Below, one piece after another: positions 1 through 10,047 of a stretch of 64,000 bases of DNA. The stretch is taken from NCBI GenBank assembly GCA_965215195.1, contig CBDCDC010000002.1, positions 3,680,001 to 3,744,000 on the forward strand. The letters are read 5' to 3'. Source of the DNA: Candidatus Latescibacterota bacterium (GTDB lineage Bacteria; Latescibacterota; UBA2968; UBA8231). Made by a program: the position numbers and the translations under genes. Under the pieces are notes generated by a model that was given only the letters and a program-made list of their open reading frames with translations, had not been told where the DNA came from and made no database searches. The first letter of the stretch is position 1. Each line of letters starts with the position of its first letter.

Positions 1-1
1 G

Positions 2-1045
2 GCCGACGACGACCCGCCGGAGGCTGTCGATCATCATTTCTTCCCTCAGCGCATTGACCTGATCGCGCACCGCGGGTTCGCGGTCCATGCCACGACGCTT
101 GGCCTCCTCCACGACCAGTCGCTCCCGGGCCTTCGTGCGCAACCAGCTCTGAGGATCGCCCTCGGCCGCGGCCAAGTCGACGTCGGATGCCAAGAGCTGG
201 CCGCTCGCCCAAGTGCAGGGCGGGTCGGCCAGTGGCTCACAGACTAGGCCATGCGCCTTCGCCAAGCTGTCGGCGAAGGCCTCGAAGACGCGCGTCCGCT
301 CGCGTACGCGGAACTCCTCGAGCACAACATCCCAGCGGCTCGCAATGTCGGCGGGGCGGCGGTCGACGAGGCGAAACACGTGAACCCCGTAGCGGGAGAT
401 CAGCGGTTCCGGGTAGGTTTGACCAAGCTCCAGAGACAGCACTTGCTCCCTGACCTCCGGGAGCACTTGGGATACAGACATGTAGCTAAAGTAGCCCCCC
501 AAGCCCCCGGTCTCGTGGTGGATTGAACGTTCGACGGCGAGAACATCTAGCGGCTCTCCCGCAGCGAGAGCCTCGAGGACACTCCACGCATCGGCCTCAC
601 TCGCCAGCATCACGTGCTGGAGCAGCACCTCTTCGGTGAATCCCGCTTCGATGGCGAAGGTCTGGAGGCCCGACGTGTCGAGCCCCGCGTCGCCAGCGAC
701 CTCGTCGAACAGGGTGCGCCAGAGGAGTTTGCTCTGTTCCTGCTCAAGAGCAGCTGCGATTCTCGGTGCTGCGGCCAGCTTCCTGCGTTGTCCCTCCAGC
801 ACCAGAAGCTGTCTGTCTATCATCGCATCGAGTAGCTGACGTCTCGCGTCGAGACTGGCGGGATCTTTGCCGCGATGGGAAGAAGCGAGCAGCGTTGGCG
901 CCATCTTGCTGTATGCCTCAACATCGATCGTATCTCGGCCAATGATGGCGACGACGATGGGCTCTGGATCGTATTGTTCGGTCTGTTCGCAGGCCAGCAG
1001 TCCCGCGGTTAGCAAGATAACGGCGCGCGATAAGACGCTCATCAT
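2..1045 (-). CDS. PpiC/parvulin-type peptidyl-prolyl isomerase lipoprotein (PrsA/SurA-like foldase), partial, runs off window start
   Basis: Absent from the ORF track because there is no stop in the window. Translated by hand from ATG 1045, which overlaps the upstream stop as ATGA: MMSVLSRAVILLTAGLLAC (lipobox) ... LLDAMIDRQLLVLEG (SurA-N-like) ... VLLQHVMLASEADA ... LAVERSIHHETGGLGGYFSYM ... PEPLISRYGVHVFRLVDRR (rotamase signature). Confidence 0.8.
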   Translation of the reverse strand, partial: MMSVLSRAVILLTAGLLACEQTEQYDPEPIVVAIIGRDTIDVEAYSKMAPTLLASSHRGKDPASLDARRQLLDAMIDRQLLVLEGQRRKLAAAPRIAAALEQEQSKLLWRTLFDEVAGDAGLDTSGLQTFAIEAGFTEEVLLQHVMLASEADAWSVLEALAAGEPLDVLAVERSIHHETGGLGGYFSYMSVSQVLPEVREQVLSLELGQTYPEPLISRYGVHVFRLVDRRPADIASRWDVVLEEFRVRERTRVFEAFADSLAKAHGLVCEPLADPPCTWASGQLLASDVDLAAAEGDPQSWLRTKARERLVVEEAKRRGMDREPAVRDQVNALREEMMIDSLRRVVVG

Positions 1046-3720
1046 TGACCAGTTCCGAGACCCGCAAACACGTCCACGAAGATCATCGTATTCGTGTCGG
1101 CATGTTCTCCGCGAACGCTGCGTCGCGTCCACCGCATGCCGATGTTCGCGGTCAGCTCGTAGCCCAGATACGCCGCCTGATTGGAAAACTGCGAGGCCAG
1201 CGTTAGGCGACTGAAGTCGTCTTGGTAGTCGACGGCACCACCCTCAGGGCGGCTCTTCAGGTTATTGAAAAGCTCGTACTCGGTGCCAAGACCGAGAGTC
1301 AGCTTCGGAGAGATGCGATAGCTGACGAGGAAGAAGAAGAGTTCCGCAAGATCGCGCGTGTGGCGCTCGCGTGGGTTGGTCGGCGTACGGGAAGAGAACA
1401 CCTGCTTCCACTGAGGCCACAGGAGCACAGTCGGTGTTGCCCAGAATTGACGATCGGCCCGGTTGATCAGGCCCAAGAACCGCTCGTCCTGCGTTCCCTG
1501 CGCCGCATCCCCCTGCTGATTGTAGGCGTCGTACTTGAGCTTCGTCTGCGTCGTGACGAACGGATTCCAGTCAACCTGAAGGTAGAGGGTGTTGATGAAG
1601 GTATCCTGCGCGATCAATGGATCGCTAAAGTCCTGCAGCGCACCGGCAGAGAAGGCCGGCTGCACCCATTGGATGAGATGGTCGGGGATGTCGTCCTTGA
1701 CTTTGCGGACGAACTCCATTAGCTGGATCGACAGACTGCGCTGTGGATACTCCTTCTTCAGCGTCAGCAGACCGTATGTGGAGACCGCCCGGCGGTCGCT
1801 GGAGTGCTGTTCCATCTGCAAGCGCCCCAACATGAGGCGGCTTTTCGGCATCAGTTCGACACCAGCGTAGAAGTTGCATCCTTTGCTGTCCCGCTTGTAC
1901 GGGTAGTCCGGTTCGGTGTCGTTCTCGAAACGGTCGATGATTGTATTGTTGTTCATGTCCGTGCCGAAGAGGAATTCGGGCGAATCGACGTGGTAGCGGA
2001 AGAACGGCTCGCTGTAGTCGGGCTGGTTGTTCTGGTTCTGATTGAAGTCGGAGATAAAGTCTTGGTTCTCGTCGAGGCCCGGAAACACCTCCCGATCGGG
2101 GAATTGATTCTGGTTTGGAAACAGGGCACTCAGATTCGCGCTGCGGCGGATCCAGTCCGGGAAGCGATCTTGGTCGTCGTTATCATCGACGAGTTCGTAG
2201 AGGTAATTCTCCTCGTTCTCGTAATCGATGAAGCCCTGCGAGTCCGGGATGAACATAGACGTCGAGTACCCCGGCTCAACGCTGAAGAGCTCCCCGTAGC
2301 CGAAGAAGGGGTACGCGATCTGCGATGCCGTGGCGTAATAAGCCTCGGACTCGTCGTGAGCGAGGGCTTGGTTGCTGCGAATGGTCTGGTTGGGGAACCG
2401 TCGGTTGCGCCGATTGCTCACGTACTCAGATCGGAGATTGAAGCCCCCCACGTCGCTGATCGCCAAGTTTACCCCTCGCAGCTCGTTGCTCGAAGGGATC
2501 CCGTACTGAAAGCGGATGAATCGCTGGTTGGAGGCATCGGTGACGTTGCCCTGCGCTTGGGCGACGGGCAGGAAGGCGGGTTCCAGCGTCGCGTTGGTCT
2601 GCAGGTTCGAGGCGACTTCTACGAGGTAGTCGTTGGCTACGACCAGCCCCACCTCAATTCGCTCGATCTCGCGGAAATCGGTGATCTCCTCATCGGGACC
2701 CGGCCGAAAATCCGTCTCAATGTTATACGTCAGGGTGACCGTATTGGAGCCACTGGCCTCTAGCAGGCCTTCGCGCGCGACCCCCCCTTCGATGATCGGG
2801 TCGATCTCGGGATGCTCGACGCCGTCGATGAAGATCTGCTCGCGGAGCAGCAGGGCGCCGCCGACGCCATCCTCGGGTGAGTCGTCTGACAGTCGCACGA
2901 TGAGCCGCTGGACATTGCCCGCATTCAGGCGACCGCCGAGGACGCCACGCAGCGAATTTTCGTCGAGGGAGAGGGCCGAGTTCTGGTGAAAGGTCGTCAT
3001 ATACCTTCCACCCAATGTCGCGAAATCGCCGACGGCCACGCTTCCGTTCAGGCCAACGAGTTGCGTGAAGGTCGTTTGTCGCGCCGGTCCTTGGTCGACG
3101 GCCACGGCCACGCGCCCAGGCGAATCGGCCCGCGCCGCTAGGACGCTTACTTGGTATTTATCGGTCTGGAAGTCCCACTGCAAACCGTCGAAAAGGGGCT
3201 TGGAGAAGGTGAGCGGCGTCATCGTAGTGCGAATGCCCTCGCCGATGGTCAGAGCGGTGTGGAACTGCCCCTTGGCCCCGGAGACCACGATGAGGCGATT
3301 GAACCACTGGCTGAAGTTTGGATCTTTCCAGATTCCGCTACCGAAATCCCGCGGATACTCATTCGTGAAGTTGTAGATGTTCCAGCCCTTGGTGAAGTAA
3401 TTGCCGTAGAGGTCGTAGTAGCGGTCGCCTTCGAGCTCGGTTCGCACATAGCGCCGGTACTGGTCCCGAGCATAGTTGGTGTAAGCACTCCCCTGCCAGC
3501 CGTATAGGGAGTAGAGTGCCTGGGGCAGATACCACTTCCGCAACGTTGGAACCAGTGTCTCGGGACTGATTCGGGCCCCTTCCGTGATGTAGGGATTGAA
3601 CAGACCAACTTCGACAGCTCGGCCTGGCGTCACTTGCAACAGCAGGACGGCTATAATGGAGCCGACCCAGTTGCGCTTCACGTCTAGCCCTTCCGTTATC
3701 TTACCGCCACGTATTGTCAT
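1042..3720 (-). CDS. Large exported hypothetical protein, probable outer-membrane beta-barrel with Asp/Asn-rich Ca-binding-like loops
   Basis: 892-aa ORF. Likely start is GTG 3681, followed by a signal peptide (IIAVLLLQVTPGRA-VE). Contains DDNDDQDRFPD, DENQDFISD and DMNNNTIID motifs. The C-terminal third has alternating amphipathic strands ending MIFVDVFAGL. Confidence 0.65.
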   Translation of the reverse strand: MTIRGGKITEGLDVKRNWVGSIIAVLLLQVTPGRAVEVGLFNPYITEGARISPETLVPTLRKWYLPQALYSLYGWQGSAYTNYARDQYRRYVRTELEGDRYYDLYGNYFTKGWNIYNFTNEYPRDFGSGIWKDPNFSQWFNRLIVVSGAKGQFHTALTIGEGIRTTMTPLTFSKPLFDGLQWDFQTDKYQVSVLAARADSPGRVAVAVDQGPARQTTFTQLVGLNGSVAVGDFATLGGRYMTTFHQNSALSLDENSLRGVLGGRLNAGNVQRLIVRLSDDSPEDGVGGALLLREQIFIDGVEHPEIDPIIEGGVAREGLLEASGSNTVTLTYNIETDFRPGPDEEITDFREIERIEVGLVVANDYLVEVASNLQTNATLEPAFLPVAQAQGNVTDASNQRFIRFQYGIPSSNELRGVNLAISDVGGFNLRSEYVSNRRNRRFPNQTIRSNQALAHDESEAYYATASQIAYPFFGYGELFSVEPGYSTSMFIPDSQGFIDYENEENYLYELVDDNDDQDRFPDWIRRSANLSALFPNQNQFPDREVFPGLDENQDFISDFNQNQNNQPDYSEPFFRYHVDSPEFLFGTDMNNNTIIDRFENDTEPDYPYKRDSKGCNFYAGVELMPKSRLMLGRLQMEQHSSDRRAVSTYGLLTLKKEYPQRSLSIQLMEFVRKVKDDIPDHLIQWVQPAFSAGALQDFSDPLIAQDTFINTLYLQVDWNPFVTTQTKLKYDAYNQQGDAAQGTQDERFLGLINRADRQFWATPTVLLWPQWKQVFSSRTPTNPRERHTRDLAELFFFLVSYRISPKLTLGLGTEYELFNNLKSRPEGGAVDYQDDFSRLTLASQFSNQAAYLGYELTANIGMRWTRRSVRGEHADTNTMIFVDVFAGLGTGQ

Positions 3721-3733
3721 TGGATCAACTTTC

Positions 3734-6085
3734 CTAGTAGGCTACGCTCACCAGCAGGGTTTCGGCCTCCGGCCCTGCGTCTGCCGGCACCTCTACGCGG
3801 CAGACGTAGACCCCGGGTAGCGCAGGCCGCTCGTTCACCATTCCATCCCACACTAGCTCCTGCGTCTCCCCTCGCCGACCGGAGACGACCCGGAGCAGGT
3901 GCCCTGCCAAGTTGTAGAGCCGTAGCTCAGCAGCGACTCTGGTGCGAAACAGATCAAAGGTAATGCGCAAATTGTCGTTGATTGCGTCGCCGTTTGGCGT
4001 GATGACGCGGCTCGATACGACGAGATTGCGGATAGTACCTCCTGTGGCTACATCCGGTAGGAAGACGAAGAGGGCCTCTCGGTCGGTGCGATCGGACTCG
4101 CCATCGCCGTCGTCGTCGACGTCCGGTGGCCTCACCTCTTGCCGATTATCCGGTTGTGCCGAGTTGGCCACAGATGCGAGGAAGCGGGTGGGATTGCTCA
4201 GCGGCCGCGCCGTGAACAGCACCTCTACCGAGTCCCGCAGCACGCGTCCGGGCATAGCGACGACGAGCGTGTCCGCGGTGGACTCGACCGATCCCGTGCG
4301 CTCTTCCCCATCAATGCGCAGCGACACATTCCGCACTTGTCCTGGCACGGGCAGAATCACGCGATCGAAGCCTCGATCCCGCGCCGTAAAGATCGGTTGC
4401 AGCACGTAGCGAAAGTCCTGCCACTCACCGGCGATCGCCTCCCGTGGATAGATCGCGGCCTCAACGCCTTTTTGCACCAGTGCTTCGTCGAAGTGAAGAG
4501 TCACTGACTTGAGTACCGGAGTGATTTGGGGATCGTCGGTCTCCAGACTCACCCGCATTCGCAATAGCTGTCTAGGGGTGGGCGACCGAAAGGGCTGGCC
4601 CGACGAAAGGTGCGGCTCACTCCAACCACTCCAGTCCGCACCTTCCTTGGGCACTTCGACGATCTCACCCCGCACCACTTTGGGCAGCTTGTTGTACTGG
4701 GCCTCGGTGATCGGCTCACCGTTTTTCTTAAAGAAAAACTGCTCCACATCGAGTTCGTTGCCCGTTCGAGTCTGCACGGTGATTCGGGTCCCCGGCGGGG
4801 TGTCGGCATCCCACGAGATCCCGGTGATGCTCTTGGTCCCCCCGAGGTCGATGAAGTCGGATGTCAAGGCCGCTTGTGCCGGGTAGCCAGCGGAATAGAT
4901 GAATACTTCCAGCATGATATAGCCAACCCTTCTGTCCTCGACGTCCATGTGGTTCCAGAACAAATAGCGGCCGACCCGATCTTGTAGCTGGTGGTCGAAG
5001 ACATAGCGTCCCGGTGCTTGGCTGTTGTCGACCAGCGAAACGCGCGTGTAGTCAAAGGGGCTGCGGAATGGATCGTCCCGGGCAATCGGCGTTCCGTCCG
5101 TCATCTCCAGATTATAGCCGGTGTTGGTACCGCCGATTCCGAACGTCGTTCGCCCTAGATGATTGGGAGGCCACTGGTAGAACACGATCCGGCTGACGTG
5201 GAAGAGGGCACCCAGATCCCACTCGAACCACATCCCCCCATCCTGCCAGAAGCGATTGAGGTTATTTGCAATCAAGGGCCATGCATTGTCCACGGTTCCA
5301 TCGCGCAGCTCCTCCACTTTTGGGCGTCCCGAGCGGATCGTCCCCCCCCGCTCAAAGGTCGTCAACGCGATATTATCGCCGATCGCGGTTACCTCGATCT
5401 CGGCCAGCGCCGCGTTTTCCCCGACCTCGTGGGGAAGGAAGCGGATGTAGTGTACGGGCATGAAGTCCAGCGACTTGCCCGTCACCAGATTCTCGCCGGT
5501 CGCAATGTCCCCGAAATCTTCAATCGACAAGGGAATGACGATCTCGACCAACTCGTTGGGCTCGGTGGTCGTGAAAACGCGCTGGAACCGCCAGACATCT
5601 GCGGATGAAGACACCGTGGAACCTTCGCTGACAAAAACCGAGAAATCCCGGAAGGGGCGTACGCCGAGGGTATCCGGAAAGACCAAGCGGATCTCCTTCA
5701 TCAGGACGAGGCGGCCCAAGTCGATGTGTATCCACGCATTGTCGGGATCGGCACCGGCGTCGGGCTGCCACCACGTCTCGCGGTCGTTATCGGCGAGCAA
5801 CCGGGCGTCGCGGTTGTTCGACTGTGCCGTCAGCCCGCCGAAGACCTCGCCACTTTTGCGGGTGGGATGCGAAAACAGGGACATGTCATCCATCGGATCG
5901 GTGTCCGTTCCGTACCACCCCAGCTCAACCTGCCCGTCTGGCCGCAACTGAATGGCCCCAATCGGGCTCGTCCACTCCTGCCAATCGCTGCGACGATCGA
6001 AGCGAAATTCATCGGCCGCGGCGCGACTGGACAGCAGCCATGCGGCCATGGCGATGATGCACAAGCTCGTTTTTGCCATAGTCAT
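3734..6085 (-). CDS. Secreted discoidin/F5-8-like domain protein with C-terminal TPNGD/FlgD Ig-like domain
   Basis: Signal peptide; LADNDRETWWQ..WIHIDLGR and WFEWDLGA..VSRIVFY discoidin-like motifs; WSGWS; C-terminal ITPNGDAIND..LYNLAGHLLR..VWDG..PGVYVCRVEV. Confidence 0.75.
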   Translation of the reverse strand: MTMAKTSLCIIAMAAWLLSSRAAADEFRFDRRSDWQEWTSPIGAIQLRPDGQVELGWYGTDTDPMDDMSLFSHPTRKSGEVFGGLTAQSNNRDARLLADNDRETWWQPDAGADPDNAWIHIDLGRLVLMKEIRLVFPDTLGVRPFRDFSVFVSEGSTVSSSADVWRFQRVFTTTEPNELVEIVIPLSIEDFGDIATGENLVTGKSLDFMPVHYIRFLPHEVGENAALAEIEVTAIGDNIALTTFERGGTIRSGRPKVEELRDGTVDNAWPLIANNLNRFWQDGGMWFEWDLGALFHVSRIVFYQWPPNHLGRTTFGIGGTNTGYNLEMTDGTPIARDDPFRSPFDYTRVSLVDNSQAPGRYVFDHQLQDRVGRYLFWNHMDVEDRRVGYIMLEVFIYSAGYPAQAALTSDFIDLGGTKSITGISWDADTPPGTRITVQTRTGNELDVEQFFFKKNGEPITEAQYNKLPKVVRGEIVEVPKEGADWSGWSEPHLSSGQPFRSPTPRQLLRMRVSLETDDPQITPVLKSVTLHFDEALVQKGVEAAIYPREAIAGEWQDFRYVLQPIFTARDRGFDRVILPVPGQVRNVSLRIDGEERTGSVESTADTLVVAMPGRVLRDSVEVLFTARPLSNPTRFLASVANSAQPDNRQEVRPPDVDDDGDGESDRTDREALFVFLPDVATGGTIRNLVVSSRVITPNGDAINDNLRITFDLFRTRVAAELRLYNLAGHLLRVVSGRRGETQELVWDGMVNERPALPGVYVCRVEVPADAGPEAETLLVSVAY

Positions 6086-6094
6086 CGCAAACTC

Positions 6095-8164
6095 CTAGTA
6101 GACGACGGGAACTGTCAGCAGTCGCCGTGCAGTCTCCCTTTGGGTATTTACCTCGACCAACAGCAGATACAGGCCTGGAGGGACTAGGTTGCGGTCATCG
6201 TCGAGACCATCCCAAGACACCTGCTGGGCCGATCGGCCCCGATCCTCAGCGGCCAAAATCGCAATATAGCGTCCGGCGACATCGTAGACCTTTACTGTCA
6301 CGTCTGCTTCGTCCACGAAGAGGACACTGAACTCGACTCGGATCTCGTCGTTCACCCGGTCCCCATTCGGGGTCAGGGCCGACTGCATCAGGCGGACCCC
6401 ATCGAGAACGGTCGTCCTCGCATCGCGCGAGAAGACCTGCAGACTGTTGGTGGAGACATCGTCCCTCGCGTTCCCCCCGTTCACCGACTGGGGCAGGTTG
6501 TCGCTGGCAGAGTCGAGGACCTCCCCGGCGAAGATCGTGGAAGAGGTAAAGAGAGAGGTCTCGAGGTCAATGCGGACGGGGCTATCATTGTTGCGCGACA
6601 CTCGGTTGGAGGTGAAGAAGATAAAAAGCTCACCGTCGGTGGCGATCCCATCCCCGGGCCACACGCTGTCGGGAGCCACCGAAACGAGGTCCGCATCGCC
6701 CATCCTCAGCCCCTCGAAACGAGTGCCAAAGGGGACCGTCAGCCGCACGGCATCAAATCCCTGTGAATCGCTGGCGAAGTCGGCCGCGATGTCGAAGTAT
6801 AGCTGACGGCGCTCTCCAATGGGGAATTCCGCCGGCTGGGCCTCAGGCGTCAGATCCGTCGGGGCCGCATCCGCCAAGGAGACCTCGCCGACGAGCGACG
6901 AGGCGAGCAATGGGGAAACTTCGAACTGGAGTGAATCGAGACGACCGATGGACAGCACATCGTCGGTCAGGAACGTCGCCCGGAACTGCAAATACTGTCG
7001 GCCGTCTGGGGATCGGTTCAACTGATTAGGGGAGCGATAGGGTGAAGACCACGGGGACCAGTTGGTCTCGTCGTCGAGGATGACACTGCGCTGATTGGGA
7101 TAGCGGACGGAGAGACTCTCCCGTCGGGGCAGGGAAGCTCGCTGCCATTCCGACGCTGTTACCTCCTTGTCGCGCCCGAAATCGTCTACGATGTAGTAGG
7201 ACCGGGGCGTGTCGTCGGTGCCGGAGCGCGTCTCCAAGAGCAGTCGGGCGACGCCTTCGGGGTCTTCGACGAGCGCGTCCGCTTCCCGGTCTCGTCGAAG
7301 CGAGCGGAAGGAGTAGGTGATCTCGCCGAAGTTGACGGGCTCATCGAGTGGAATGGCGGTGGAAACGTAATGTACGTGCGTCGGAACGCCCTCGCCGTAG
7401 ACCTGAAACTCGGCCATGCTGTAGAACTGGTCCGCCAAACTCAGATCGAGTCGGATGAATCTGGCCGGCTGCAGCGGAAAGCTGACATCGACTTGGCTTC
7501 TCGTATTGGACTTGGTTTCCTCGATGACGGTGGCGAGCGTCCGCTTGGGAATCGGCTCGGAGCCTTCGAGGAGAAATTCCTCGGCCTCGTTCTGTATTGA
7601 CAGACGATACGCCTGCGGCGACCCCTGCTTGTTGGGGATGCCGCGCTTATCGACACCCGATTGCCGAGGAAAAAATAGGATCCGGTTGATCGGCGTCTCT
7701 AAGACTAGATCGAAGGTCCAAATTTCTTCCTGCAGGCGCAGGATCTGGTTGAAGGTACTTATCGGCCCGTCTCCGACTAGCTGACGCAGTGAGATCGCTG
7801 TTTCGGGATCGCCGTCGATGATCACAGCCTCCTCGCGGCTGTAACCACCGTGCCAGAAACGCGGGTCAACGCCGGCTTTGAAACCAAAGGCCTTGCCTGT
7901 TGTCTGTCCCTCTGCCCAAGAGAGGCCGAATATATTGGCGAAGACCCCGGGGCCGACCATGATGTTCTCCCATGGCCGCAGCTCTCTGGGCTGCAATGCG
8001 CCCGGAGCGGTCGTGTCATCGAGGGCGACGGCCTCCTGACGCACTTGGGACCACGAGAAATCCCCTGCCACCCCGCCGATCTGCACGACGCGGGGCTGAC
8101 CGTAGGCCGCAACTGCTGGCGCGACCAGCAGGATCATTGCGGTAAGCATCATTCGCGTGTGCAT
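6095..8164 (-). CDS. Secreted discoidin-like protein with C-terminal TPNGD/FlgD Ig-like domain (paralogue)
   Basis: Signal peptide; IIDGDPET..FDL..INRILFFPR..ARFIRLDL..AEFQVYG; WSPWS; LTPNGDRVND..YDVAGR..WDGLD..PPGLYLLLVEV. Confidence 0.75.
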   Translation of the reverse strand: MHTRMMLTAMILLVAPAVAAYGQPRVVQIGGVAGDFSWSQVRQEAVALDDTTAPGALQPRELRPWENIMVGPGVFANIFGLSWAEGQTTGKAFGFKAGVDPRFWHGGYSREEAVIIDGDPETAISLRQLVGDGPISTFNQILRLQEEIWTFDLVLETPINRILFFPRQSGVDKRGIPNKQGSPQAYRLSIQNEAEEFLLEGSEPIPKRTLATVIEETKSNTRSQVDVSFPLQPARFIRLDLSLADQFYSMAEFQVYGEGVPTHVHYVSTAIPLDEPVNFGEITYSFRSLRRDREADALVEDPEGVARLLLETRSGTDDTPRSYYIVDDFGRDKEVTASEWQRASLPRRESLSVRYPNQRSVILDDETNWSPWSSPYRSPNQLNRSPDGRQYLQFRATFLTDDVLSIGRLDSLQFEVSPLLASSLVGEVSLADAAPTDLTPEAQPAEFPIGERRQLYFDIAADFASDSQGFDAVRLTVPFGTRFEGLRMGDADLVSVAPDSVWPGDGIATDGELFIFFTSNRVSRNNDSPVRIDLETSLFTSSTIFAGEVLDSASDNLPQSVNGGNARDDVSTNSLQVFSRDARTTVLDGVRLMQSALTPNGDRVNDEIRVEFSVLFVDEADVTVKVYDVAGRYIAILAAEDRGRSAQQVSWDGLDDDRNLVPPGLYLLLVEVNTQRETARRLLTVPVVY

Positions 8165-8177
8165 AAATACTTCCTTG

Positions 8178-10046
8178 TTAGTAGGACACCGCCACTATCC
8201 GCAGACGCTCAAACGTTTCGGTCTGTGTTTCGACGCGCAGGCGGACGATGTAGTGCCCCGGAGGCAGTTTGTGGGCCTCGGTCCATGTGGTTAGGTAGCT
8301 GCCTGCCGCCTGATCCTCTTGCAGGAGAGTGTGAATGAGCCGACCCGATAGGTCGTGCATCGAGACGCGTACTTGCGCTGGTTCGATGAGGAATACGAGG
8401 TCGTACTGCACTGTTAGGTCGTCGTTTAGCTCGTCTCCATTCGGGGTCACAACCCCGGCATCCAGATCGAATCGGCCGAGCGGGGCACCGAGAGAACCGA
8501 AGACGACGACGGAATTCGTGCCGAGCAGATTGGTGGCATCACCGGGAGCAACCCGCTGCGGAACTGCGCCGGCTGAATCCAAGAGCCAACCCTCGAACAG
8601 GGTTGTGTACCGCAAGGGCGTTGCTGTAAACCGCACAAAGAGCGTGGCGTTGCTCTCGGCCGTGATTCGGCGGCTCGGAAAGAAGAAAGACATGCCGCTG
8701 TCAGCGAAAACGATGCTGTCGACGGCCACTTCCTCTCGGTCCTCGCCGATCAACACCGATTCCAACTGAGCCGTGCCCGGCGTTGCGATGCGCAAGCCAT
8801 CGAACCCCTCGTCGCCGGACAGATCCGCAGCCAAGGCGTACTCGAAGGTCGCCGGCTGCCCCGTAGCGACGGTGGCCACACCTGCCTGCGGGAAGGGATC
8901 GCCGCTGCGCACGACCTCGGCTCGCGTCCTCTGGGCAAGGGGTGCCGAGTGGGTGAACTCTAGTGCATCTATGCGGATTACGTCGGTCGCAGTGCCCTCG
9001 AAGAAGAATCTGAACTGGAAGAAGGGCCTCGGCATCGGCAGAAAATCGAGGCTAATCTCGTAGGAACCCGTCGAATCAATTGTCACCGGATTTGACCACG
9101 CACTCCAGTTTGCGGCATCGTATCTCGTCGTGCGCTCGCGGTCGATGAGGTTCTGGTACGCCTCCTCTGAGATCTCCGTCTCACTGCCGGTTTCGAGATC
9201 GATCTGGAAATAGGACTCGGGAGAGGTGTCGTTGCCCGCCCGCACCTGGAACACCGCCTGCACCGGATCGTCCGCAGCCGCGTCGGGCTCGGTGGATACG
9301 CGGGTCGAGTGGACCGTTAGGCGACCAAAGTTGCGCACACCTCCTCCAGCGAAGTCAATGAAGTTGGAGACGTACTGAGCACGGGGCACAAACCCCCGGC
9401 CAAACACCTCAATCTCGGCGATGTCAAAGGGGTTCGGTTCCAGCGTTTCCAAGCGGATGTACCTGACGAGCTGGCGTGGAAACTCGGCCTCCGTCCGAAC
9501 CTCGTTGGAAATCTCGACCCGTGCCAAGGTCTCGTAGATCGGCCGCTCGTCTGCTCCAAAAGAGCGCCCGTCGCTAACCTTGACCTCGTAAGCCCGCAGG
9601 AAGGCGGTGCTATCTGTCGGGTTGGGAAAAAAGGCAATCCGTTCGACGGGAAACGAGGCACCTAAATCGAAGACGAAGATCCGGCCGTCCTGAGACTGGC
9701 CAGGAATCTGAAACCGCTCCCCAGTGGATGTGTTTGGGTTGCCGTCGACGAGAACGTTATTCGGCTGACCGTCGGCAACGCGCGCCCACACCCGTGCCCC
9801 GCCCTCGGGGATGAACTCGTCCGGGCCCGTTCCAACATCTGTCCAGCGAACAGTGGCGACGATGTTCTCGTCGGCTGTGAAGCCGGCCGGTAGCAGCAAA
9901 TCGGCCGCGACCTGCGCCCCCGCAGCCACTAGCTCCACGCTCTGCCAAGTGTCGCCGCCCCGTCCGATGCGCACGGTCTCGATCTGGCCGCCCGCATCAA
10001 TGCTCAGGAGAAACGTCAGGACAAGCGGGATGGCTGTCAGGAGCAC
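8178..10046 (-). CDS. Secreted discoidin-like protein with C-terminal TPNGD/FlgD Ig-like domain (paralogue)
   Basis: Signal peptide; LVDGNPNTS..FDLGASFPVERIAFFP..VRYIRL..IAEIEVFG; WSAWS; VTPNGDELND..HDLSGRLI..PPGHYIVRLRV. Confidence 0.75.
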   Translation of the reverse strand: MLLTAIPLVLTFLLSIDAGGQIETVRIGRGGDTWQSVELVAAGAQVAADLLLPAGFTADENIVATVRWTDVGTGPDEFIPEGGARVWARVADGQPNNVLVDGNPNTSTGERFQIPGQSQDGRIFVFDLGASFPVERIAFFPNPTDSTAFLRAYEVKVSDGRSFGADERPIYETLARVEISNEVRTEAEFPRQLVRYIRLETLEPNPFDIAEIEVFGRGFVPRAQYVSNFIDFAGGGVRNFGRLTVHSTRVSTEPDAAADDPVQAVFQVRAGNDTSPESYFQIDLETGSETEISEEAYQNLIDRERTTRYDAANWSAWSNPVTIDSTGSYEISLDFLPMPRPFFQFRFFFEGTATDVIRIDALEFTHSAPLAQRTRAEVVRSGDPFPQAGVATVATGQPATFEYALAADLSGDEGFDGLRIATPGTAQLESVLIGEDREEVAVDSIVFADSGMSFFFPSRRITAESNATLFVRFTATPLRYTTLFEGWLLDSAGAVPQRVAPGDATNLLGTNSVVVFGSLGAPLGRFDLDAGVVTPNGDELNDDLTVQYDLVFLIEPAQVRVSMHDLSGRLIHTLLQEDQAAGSYLTTWTEAHKLPPGHYIVRLRVETQTETFERLRIVAVSY

Positions 10047-10047
10047 G

